From Rubripirellula sp. (lineage in GTDB: Bacteria; Planctomycetota; Planctomycetia; Pirellulales; Pirellulaceae): a stretch of 64,000 bases of DNA. The notes under the pieces are model-generated. The model ran no database searches. It was not told the DNA's origin and was given only the letters and a program-made list of their open reading frames with translations. The translations under genes were made by a program, and so were the position numbers. How positions within the stretch are numbered: position 1 is the first letter of the stretch; each line of letters starts with the position of its first letter. The stretch covers positions 2,336,001 to 2,400,000 of the forward strand of contig OZ244207.1 in the NCBI GenBank assembly GCA_965216875.1, read 5' to 3'. Below, piece by piece: positions 56,693 through 64,000 of this stretch.

Positions 56693-57532
56693 CTATCCTT
56701 CGCGGAGACCTTCTTCGACTTGCGGCAGCTCGTCGAGCGATTCGATGCCGAAGAGGACGAGAAACCGTTCGGTTGGATAGTAATGGGGCACTGCGCGACC
56801 CCCCTTCTCGGGTTTCACTCGTTCGATCCTCAGAAGCTGTCGGCGAACGAGTTGATTCAAGAGCGAACCGCTCTCTCGACCGCGTTGATCCTGGACCTTC
56901 TGAGCGTTGATGCCTGGTTGGTAAGCGACCAACGACAAAACCTCGATACAGGACTGACTCAGCCTTGCTTCACGCACTTTGCCGAGAAACGAGCGACGAA
57001 CTCCCTCGACCTCGGGCGCGATCGCCATCCGGTATCCATGCTCGTCGCTAACAATCCTGATCCCTTGATCGGCTTCTCGATACGATTCGTTGAGGCGTTC
57101 GATACACTCGATCGTTTCTTCGGGTGTGAAGTCGCGAATCAAAGAAGCAAGACGTTGTTCCGTCAGCGCCTGGTTGTCGGGATGGCCAACAAACAGCGCG
57201 CCCTCAATGATCGCCTCGGGTGTGACGAGCTCGTCTTCGTCAGCCTCTTCCTCCTCGGCGGCCTCGTCGTCAGACGCGACCGCTTCTTCGTCTGCCTCTT
57301 CGTTCTCCTCGGGATCGGGAGCGAATGCATCGGGGTCGTGTTCGGCAGCCGCTTTCGCGTAGGCCGCGCCGAGATCATCGAGCGAGAGTTCTTCGTCTTC
57401 GAAGTCGCCTGATTCATCATCCGCAACCTCGTCAGCACCTTCGATCAAAGGTGCGTCGGAAGCGGAGCGGGATTCATCACCGATTTGATCGTCGTCGTCG
57501 CGATCTGGCTCGGCAACTTCGTCGTCCGACAT
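56693..57532 (-). CDS. scpB: SMC-Scp complex subunit ScpB with acidic N-terminal extension
   Basis: IIEGALFV; LSQSCIEVLSLVAYQPG; YYPTERFLVLFGIESLDELP. Confidence 0.87.
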   Translation of the reverse strand: MSDDEVAEPDRDDDDQIGDESRSASDAPLIEGADEVADDESGDFEDEELSLDDLGAAYAKAAAEHDPDAFAPDPEENEEADEEAVASDDEAAEEEEADEDELVTPEAIIEGALFVGHPDNQALTEQRLASLIRDFTPEETIECIERLNESYREADQGIRIVSDEHGYRMAIAPEVEGVRRSFLGKVREARLSQSCIEVLSLVAYQPGINAQKVQDQRGRESGSLLNQLVRRQLLRIERVKPEKGGRAVPHYYPTERFLVLFGIESLDELPQVEEGLREG

Positions 57533-57538
57533 GATTGA

Positions 57539-58273
57539 CTAGACCCATTCCTGGATGGTTGGTTTGATCACCACTTCGGGCACGTTGGCTCGAGGCGGCA
57601 GATTGCAGATCGTGACCACAACCGAAGCGATGTCTTCAGGTTGCAGGATCGCATCTTTGTGCTCCTGCGAAACGGGCGTTGGACGGTTTTCGAGGATCGG
57701 CGTATTCACTTCGCCGGGGTAGACGTTGGTGATACGAACGCCTTCGTGACGCACTTCATTTGAAACCGCCGTTCCCAACGCAGTCATGGCAAACTTGCTG
57801 GCACAATAGACGACACCGCCCAGTGTGATCGCCCGTTTCCCCGCGACCGAAGAGATATTGACCACCAGTCCGTCTTTGCGTTCACGCATCGCGGGTAGGA
57901 CTTGGTGCATACAGCGGTAGGCACCGCTGGCGTTGATCTGCAATACACGGTCCCAATCGGCCGGATCCATCTCGGCCATCGTCCGCTTTTGAATGTTGAT
58001 TCCGGCGCTATTGACCAGAATGTCGACGTCACCCACGTTCTCGCGGACATCGGCAAAGAAGGCATCCACGCTGTCGGGCGATGCGACATCGATCACATGT
58101 GTGCGAACGGGATGGGCGCCCGAAATTGACCCAGCCACTTCCTCAAGCTTTTTGATTCGACGTCCGCCGATCGTCACCTTGCACCCCGCCTCAGCAAGGC
58201 CTCGCGCAATTCCTGATCCAATCCCGGTACCACCACCGGTGATGGCAACCACTTTCCCGGCCAACTCGCTCAC
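57539..58273 (-). CDS. Short-chain dehydrogenase/reductase
   Basis: TGGGTGIG, NSAG, NISSVAG, YCASK, PGEVNT; start moved to GTG 58273. Confidence 0.92.
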   Translation of the reverse strand: MSELAGKVVAITGGGTGIGSGIARGLAEAGCKVTIGGRRIKKLEEVAGSISGAHPVRTHVIDVASPDSVDAFFADVRENVGDVDILVNSAGINIQKRTMAEMDPADWDRVLQINASGAYRCMHQVLPAMRERKDGLVVNISSVAGKRAITLGGVVYCASKFAMTALGTAVSNEVRHEGVRITNVYPGEVNTPILENRPTPVSQEHKDAILQPEDIASVVVTICNLPPRANVPEVVIKPTIQEWV

Positions 58274-58368
58274 GTGAATCTCTTTCTTGAAAAAACCATC
58301 TCGGATGTCTCTGTCAACGATCGGAGTGTAACAGAGAACCAGGTTTTCTCGAAGAGAGCGTGAAGAAT

Positions 58369-58451
58369 GTAGGGTGTGTGCTTGCACGCACCACTACTCG
58401 ACACCCCCGAGCCAGCCTAGGTGATTTGGTGCGTGCAAGCACACACCCTAC
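58369..58451. repeat. GTAG REP doublet (perfect 25-bp inverted repeat, 33-nt spacer)
   Basis: gtagggtgtgtgcttgcacgcacca (58369-58393) / tggtgcgtgcaagcacacaccctac (58427-58451); same unit as at 27384 and 27569. Confidence 0.9.
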
Positions 58452-58454
58452 TGT

Positions 58455-59813
58455 CTAAGCCAGTCCGGTGAGCGCGCCTTGGCCGCAGTAGTCAGGATTG
58501 CCGAAGCTCTCTTCTGGGTAACCCATCGCTTCGGTGATCGACAGCAACAACCGATTGTGGGCTTCGTGCTTGAATTTCTTTGCTTGGCCCATTTTGAAGC
58601 CCAAGCCGCCACCGACCATCACGAACGGAATGTCGTTACGTGTGTGCGAGTTGCCTTTGCCCAGCTCGTTGGTCCAGACGATCGTTGTGTTGTCGAGCAA
58701 CGAACCGCCGCCACCCGGTTCAGGCGTCTCGGCCAATCGCTTCGCCAAATAGGCCACCTGCTCGCCGTACCAGGTGTTGATCTTGATCAACTTTTCGTAC
58801 GAATCCTCGTCTTTGTCAGGCTTGTGCGACAACGAGTGGTGTCCGTCATCGATATCGAGCCAACGCATCTTCGGATTGCCAACGCTGTTGGTGATTTGGA
58901 ACGATGCGATCCGACTGAAGTCAGCCACGAAACTGTTGACTAACAGATCCGCCTGCATGCGGCTGATCTGAGGCATGTTGTCGTTTTGCTCTTCGACGTT
59001 CGGTGGCAACTTGGGCACGGCATGCTGTGGCAGTTGCTCGGCCGCTTGTTCGCTTCCGCTGCTCTTTTTCTTCTCGGCAGCCAACTCCGATTGCAGTTCC
59101 TTTTCGACCGAACGCACCATCGCAATGTGCTCGTCAAGAATCCGACGATCTTCACTACTCACGATCTTTTGCACGCGAGCGAATTCGTCGCCGAGATCAT
59201 CCAACACACTGGCCAACATTTGTCGGTTTGCAGTTTGACCGTAGAGTTTGTCAAACATTTGGTAGGGATCGCTAATGGGCGCGACCGGCTGGTTTGGACC
59301 GGCGTAGCTCATACGAGTCCAGGTGTCGGCGCGATCAGGAACCATCACACCAAATTCGAGTGAGCCGAATCGCGTCCGCGTCGCCGCATCGGCTTGCAGT
59401 TTGTTCTTGAGGTGTTGGTCAACGGAAATGCCTTGCGACCAACCAGCGGGTGTGTCCGATCCACCTTGGACGTCACCGGGGAAGAGTTCGACCCCAGTCA
59501 ACAGGCAACCGATGCCACGCATGTGGCCGTCACCATCACCTTTGATCTTGTTGTCAATGCCTTGCAGCGTCAGTAGCTGTTGCTTGAAGGGATCGAGCGG
59601 AGCGAGGATGCGTTTGAGATCTTTGTGCTGACCTTCTTCATCAGGCCAAAAGTGTTTGGGGATGACACCGTTTGGGCTGAAGACGAACACCAGTCGCTGC
59701 TTGCGTTTGGCCGTCGCTGCGTAACCCAAGCTTGGCAGCGCAAACAGGAAGTTTGCGGCTGCGGCTGAAACGCCAAGGTTTCGGACGAATTCGCGTCGTG
59801 ATGAATGAGACAT
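58455..59813 (-). CDS. DUF1552 domain protein (Tat-exported)
   Basis: [46 protein letters not shown]. Confidence 0.9.
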   Translation of the reverse strand: MSHSSRREFVRNLGVSAAAANFLFALPSLGYAATAKRKQRLVFVFSPNGVIPKHFWPDEEGQHKDLKRILAPLDPFKQQLLTLQGIDNKIKGDGDGHMRGIGCLLTGVELFPGDVQGGSDTPAGWSQGISVDQHLKNKLQADAATRTRFGSLEFGVMVPDRADTWTRMSYAGPNQPVAPISDPYQMFDKLYGQTANRQMLASVLDDLGDEFARVQKIVSSEDRRILDEHIAMVRSVEKELQSELAAEKKKSSGSEQAAEQLPQHAVPKLPPNVEEQNDNMPQISRMQADLLVNSFVADFSRIASFQITNSVGNPKMRWLDIDDGHHSLSHKPDKDEDSYEKLIKINTWYGEQVAYLAKRLAETPEPGGGGSLLDNTTIVWTNELGKGNSHTRNDIPFVMVGGGLGFKMGQAKKFKHEAHNRLLLSITEAMGYPEESFGNPDYCGQGALTGLA

Positions 59814-59871
59814 CTTGCTTATCCTCGTGGCTATTCCACACGCGACGGGCAATGCCCGTGGCGGCGAAGTG

Positions 59872-62184
59872 TTACGTCTTATTCTTTTCAGTAGGGTGGG
59901 AAGCGGCAAGCACCGCGATTTCGACGACCAAATCACGAATGTTGAAGCCACTGTCGATGAACTTCTGGGTCAATTCTTCGTGAGCGTCTTTGCCAAAGGC
60001 GGCGATCGGTTGTTTCACGAAGTGCTCGAAAGCGGCTTCGACAAACGACCTGTGGCAGTCTCGGCTGCCGGCAAGGTAGTCGGCAAGTTGGCGGGCATCC
60101 GCGAAAGCAATCTTCTTTCCTTCGCGGTCGACGTAGCTGCCTGAGGCATCGACGTCTTTCTTGTTGTCTTGCAGTCGAAATCGACCGACCGGATCGTAGT
60201 TCTCCAGCGTAAAGCCAACAGAATTGATCTTCTGGTGGCATACCTGACAGTCCACATCGCCTGTTTGCATTTCAACCCGCTCGCGGGTGGTCAGGTCCGG
60301 ATGCAATTTGGCATCTAACGGAGCAAAGGCCGCGTTGGGGGGACGGATCGTTCGCCCCAAAACGTGCCGATAAAGCAGGATGCCACGGTGAATCGGCGAG
60401 GTCGAGTCGTGGTGTGCGAAACTGGCCATCAACAAGGGGTGAGTGATCGCGCCGGCACGAGTTTTTGAGTCGCTGACACTCCGGTGAAGTGCGTTTTCAG
60501 TTTGATTCTTGTCGTCCGATGCCTTCCAACCGTCGCCATAGAAAGCAGCGAGGCGTTGATTGGTGTAGGTCCAATCGGCTTGCAACAGTTGCCGATAGTC
60601 ACTGTTTTCACTCGCGATCACATCGTCAACGAAGGCGTCAAATGATCCTCGCAGGTCGGCGACGAGTCGCTGGTCAAATCCCGGAAACAGTTCTTCGCTC
60701 TTCGAGATCTCTTGCAGGTCGCCCATGTGCAACCACTGGTAGAGCAATTCGCGAATCTTGGTTTCACAACGAGGGTCGCGAGCCATCTGAATCGCTGCAC
60801 TCCTCACTTGGGCATCGTTGCCAAGTTGCCCCTTCGCAATCTTGGTGATCAACCACTGATCGGACGGAAGCGAATCAAACAAGACCAACGCGAGCTGGTT
60901 GGCAGTGCGTTGCGAATCGCTCTGTCCCAAATCGAGTGACGGGTACAGGAACATCGGTGACTTGAGACCGATCAACAGCGATCGTTTGATCGCTTCGGCA
61001 TCGTCTTCAGCAACCGCAAGCTGGTTGTCGATGTAAAGTTTTCGTTGCTGGTCGCTCAGCGGATTACGGAAAGCGATCGTCAACGCCTCATCGAGGAAGC
61101 TCCGCAGCTGAGCGCGGTCCTTGTCGTCCTTGCCACGCTGCTTGCGTTTGTAGCGAGGCCAAAGTTCGCTGGCAGCCGCCTCGGCAAATTCAATCGCAGC
61201 CGCCGTCGTTGATTCATCCCATTGGCGATGAATGGCGATCCCACGTTCGTAGCCATAGCTCCGGTCGTCGGCGGGCAGCTTGGTTTGCAACGAGAACTGT
61301 GGCGGCAAAAAGGTCGGAATCAGATTGCGCTGCGGGATGATCTCTTCAACACCACCGGGCGGCTTCCACGAGAGCGACACCTTCGCTGGCGGCTGCTCGG
61401 TCTTCCGCTTGCGTTGAATGAACTCAAGTTTGAACGGATAGCTTCGCCCGGCGGTCAGGGCAACCGTTCGACGAAATTCAGTCTTCCCTTCACTTTGCAC
61501 ATGATTGTTGACGAGCTCGCGATCAGAGTGACCAAACCGCAACATGCACGAGCAGGTCGATCGCAAGACGATTTCGTAACGCCCACTGTGTTGGACCTTC
61601 AGTGATCCTTCCCAAAGGATGTAAAAGTCCTTGGCGTCAATCTCGGCACCAGGCCCTTCCTTCTTGAAGTCGAAATCAAGAACCGGGTCGACACGTTCGA
61701 TTCGGATTTTGTCTTTCTTCCAACGCGAACCGGTGAAGTAAGTTCCTTCAATGCCGCTTCTCTTTTCTCCCCATGGTGTGCCGGCAAAATGACCGTAAAC
61801 GTCGGCCAAACTTTGCCGAAGCTGGTCGGCGGTCAACCGAGCAAGCCCAACACGCGGGGGACGATTGCGGATGCGGGCCGCTTCGCTGTAAAAAGCGTGA
61901 TGGATGTAGCTGGCCACTGACGCTGCATCTTCACCGACACAAGTATCGGGATCTTCTTCCGGCATCGTGTCGCTGATGATGTCGGTCAATTCACCAATCG
62001 AAGAATCACCAATCAGCGGATCGTCGTAGGATCCGGCAACGCCTTGCCCTTTCTCTCCGTGGCACGAAGCGCACGACTCGGTGTAGATGCGTTTGCCGCG
62101 TTCGAGAATCTCTTCTTGGGCGATCGCCGACGACGTCAGAACCGAGAGAGCGAGAAGTGCAATGAGGAAACGTGGCTGGGACAT
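59872..62184 (-). CDS. Cytochrome c + PA14 + DUF1595/DUF1592/DUF1588/DUF1585 protein
   Basis: Signal peptide; CASCHG; PA14 ([13 protein letters not shown]); [36 protein letters not shown]. Confidence 0.9.
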   Translation of the reverse strand: MSQPRFLIALLALSVLTSSAIAQEEILERGKRIYTESCASCHGEKGQGVAGSYDDPLIGDSSIGELTDIISDTMPEEDPDTCVGEDAASVASYIHHAFYSEAARIRNRPPRVGLARLTADQLRQSLADVYGHFAGTPWGEKRSGIEGTYFTGSRWKKDKIRIERVDPVLDFDFKKEGPGAEIDAKDFYILWEGSLKVQHSGRYEIVLRSTCSCMLRFGHSDRELVNNHVQSEGKTEFRRTVALTAGRSYPFKLEFIQRKRKTEQPPAKVSLSWKPPGGVEEIIPQRNLIPTFLPPQFSLQTKLPADDRSYGYERGIAIHRQWDESTTAAAIEFAEAAASELWPRYKRKQRGKDDKDRAQLRSFLDEALTIAFRNPLSDQQRKLYIDNQLAVAEDDAEAIKRSLLIGLKSPMFLYPSLDLGQSDSQRTANQLALVLFDSLPSDQWLITKIAKGQLGNDAQVRSAAIQMARDPRCETKIRELLYQWLHMGDLQEISKSEELFPGFDQRLVADLRGSFDAFVDDVIASENSDYRQLLQADWTYTNQRLAAFYGDGWKASDDKNQTENALHRSVSDSKTRAGAITHPLLMASFAHHDSTSPIHRGILLYRHVLGRTIRPPNAAFAPLDAKLHPDLTTRERVEMQTGDVDCQVCHQKINSVGFTLENYDPVGRFRLQDNKKDVDASGSYVDREGKKIAFADARQLADYLAGSRDCHRSFVEAAFEHFVKQPIAAFGKDAHEELTQKFIDSGFNIRDLVVEIAVLAASHPTEKNKT

Positions 62185-62424
62185 AGTCCGCCGGCAACGC
62201 GGCCGCGTCGCACCGGCAAAATCTCTTTTGATGTTGGTAAGGCAGGTCCAGGAACAGGCGTCCCTAGAGGATTCAGGCGGGACTGCCAGTATAAACGCAA
62301 CCGCATATCGCACCTAGTAGAGAATGCTGCGACGGCCGGACGCAGGGCATCGGGTGCGGAAATCAGGGGATTCTTGGCCTGATTGTGACGGATCTACTGG
62401 ACTGCAGCGTGGAAAATCTTCACC

Positions 62425-62483
62425 GTAGCTACGCTCGCCAGAGCGTGGTCAAGCTGCGACCACCTTCTGGCGAAGGTAGCTAC
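62425..62483. repeat. GTAG REP doublet (gtagctac..cgccaga..gtggtc family)
   Basis: 62425-62450 and the inverted 62458-62483; a third related copy at 56593-56618. Confidence 0.8.
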
Positions 62484-62505
62484 ATGAATGCGGATGCCGC
62501 CCTCG

Positions 62506-63126
62506 TTATGCGGCCGCATCGAGAAGACGTGTGTAGTCAACGATGTCCTGGAACCTTCCGCCGCTAAGGAACTCGACGTTCGCTCCCAATGCGAGACACT
62601 CAAAGTGCTTGGCACCTTCGCTGACGTTTGGTTCGTAACCACAGAAAGTGAAGATGAAGTGCCGCAGACGGTTCGCCGACCGAGAACCTCGGCCGCGCCC
62701 GGAACTTGATGCTCCAGAAACGGTGGTTGCCCAGGAGGAATTTGTGACCTCGTAGGAGGCACACATATCAAGATTGTCCAAGTTAATTGCGTGTGGCTGC
62801 GAATCGACGTCCCCGGCACGTTGTGCCCATGAAGCGCAACCGGTGAACTCTACGACCGCGATTCCTTCGGCCGCGCCCTGCGTCGCTTGAAAGGCAAAGA
62901 AGACAAGATTGGAACCGGGAATCACCACTCCACCAAACTCACTTCGCTTTGGCGTGACTCCGATGTCAATTTTCGTTGGTGTGTCGATGGAAACCCGACC
63001 GCGCCGAGAACGCCGTGATGCCTCCGCGACAGAGGGCAACGCGGTTGCACCCGCAACTGCGATGAGTGACGCATCACGCAAGAAGCGACGGCGTGTGTTT
63101 TCAAGAGATGTATTCGTTCGAGTCAT
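62506..63126 (-). CDS. Tat-signal hypothetical protein
   Basis: TRRRFLRDAS..AEA; YEVTNSSW..LRHFIFTF..FECLA. Confidence 0.65.
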   Translation of the reverse strand: MTRTNTSLENTRRRFLRDASLIAVAGATALPSVAEASRRSRRGRVSIDTPTKIDIGVTPKRSEFGGVVIPGSNLVFFAFQATQGAAEGIAVVEFTGCASWAQRAGDVDSQPHAINLDNLDMCASYEVTNSSWATTVSGASSSGRGRGSRSANRLRHFIFTFCGYEPNVSEGAKHFECLALGANVEFLSGGRFQDIVDYTRLLDAAA

Positions 63127-63343
63127 CGTCGTGGCCTTCTGCGTCTACAAGTAAATTGACGGAAAGAGATTCGAAGCCGCAAACCCTGGCTTTCCCATCC
63201 GGCGTGCATTGTAGGGTCAAACATGCCTCCCCCGCAAACGAGCCAACTGAAATCCCCTTAGATGGGAACAGCTGTCCATCACCCTTAAGTGCGTCACTAC
63301 CCTATGCTCAGTTTTGTTCACTGCACATGTTGCTTCTAAGTGG

Positions 63344-64000
63344 CTATCGCTTGAGGGCACCAAAGGCTGCGAAGCACATGTTTTTGTGTAGCACTTCGAC
63401 ACAATCAAAGCCAACCTCATCAAGCAGCGAAAGCTGGTACGAAAGCGATGCTGGCGTGTCTTCCTTTTCGATGTAGGAGAAGACCTTGTCGCGATACGCA
63501 TCGCCGCCCAGCTCGACCAGGTAATCCGAATAGCGTTGCTTGTCGGTAGCGGCGACCGAAGCATTTTCGCTCTCGATCATGTCATAGATCCAAACGCTAC
63601 CTCCTGGTCGAAGCCATCGGTACATGGACGCGAAGACGCCGCGCCACTGGGCCGGCGTACGAAGATGATGCAAGACTGCAGCGGCCAAGATCACGTCCAC
63701 CGATTCATCCGGAATTTCGAGCTCTCGAACATCTGCTTGATAGAGCGAGATCTCACTGAAACCCTCGCTTGCCAGACGCTGGCGGGCGCGCTGGAGCATC
63801 GGGTCGGAAAGGTCGACCAAGTGACAAGCGGGAACGTGCACCTCCTGTCCTCGCGTCGATCGCAGCTGCTGCAAGAACCTCAACGTGTAGTTACCAGCGC
63901 CACACCCGATGTCGAGCACATCGTTGGCTTCCGCAACGCATCCACAGGCCGCCTGGGCAATGAGCTCCAGGCAGAGAGGGGAATCAACAGCGGCCTGTTG
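63344..64000 (-). CDS. Class I SAM-dependent methyltransferase (CmoA-like); 5' end lies outside the window
   Basis: VLDIGCGAG, VDLSDPML, AVLHHL, LRPGG; the frame stays open to the window edge. Confidence 0.88.
   Translation of the reverse strand, partial: QQAAVDSPLCLELIAQAACGCVAEANDVLDIGCGAGNYTLRFLQQLRSTRGQEVHVPACHLVDLSDPMLQRARQRLASEGFSEISLYQADVRELEIPDESVDVILAAAVLHHLRTPAQWRGVFASMYRWLRPGGSVWIYDMIESENASVAATDKQRYSDYLVELGGDAYRDKVFSYIEKEDTPASLSYQLSLLDEVGFDCVEVLHKNMCFAAFGALKR

Overview
A gene-dense, moderately GC-rich bacterial window. It is almost certainly Planctomycetota, Pirellulaceae-like (inferred from DUF1559, DUF1501, DUF1549/1553, DUF1552/1592, planctomycete cytochrome c domains, an STK-FGE fusion and a sulfatase). 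Left to right: a heme-c sensor chemoreceptor; a Cys-rich membrane protein with a DUF1559 prepilin-like gene; a surface-polysaccharide cluster (FkbM, flippase, two GT4); a secreted Gly/Arg-rich disordered protein; queA; a MazG-like pyrophosphatase; a phytoene-desaturase-like oxidoreductase; the planctomycete DUF1501-PPC-DUF1549/1553-PSCyt1/WD40/coiled-coil operon; an RDD-SpoIIM-DUF4129-DUF4350-MoxR operon; an NRAMP-like transporter; P-II; ThuA; a GGDEF protein; a sulfatase; a sialidase-like protein; scpB; an SDR; and a DUF1592/DUF1552 pair. No rRNA, tRNA, CRISPR array, transposase or integrase was recognised. The best candidate for an undescribed system is at 42.1-49.9 kb. A ~73-aa protein is translationally coupled to two different GT-A glycosyltransferases that share an N-terminal Cys4 module I do not recognise (CP[FY]R..CG..ACExC..NPV[IV][AS]SL[IL]Y). 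These genes lie directly downstream of a Ser/Thr kinase-STAND NTPase-FGE receptor and an orphan vWA gene. The intergenic DNA is rich in GTAG-type REP-like elements, including a ~177-bp-period tandem duplication whose internal 32-bp cassette is flipped between copies and an inverted pair bracketing a small cargo gene. Family assignments come from motif recognition by eye, not from database searches.
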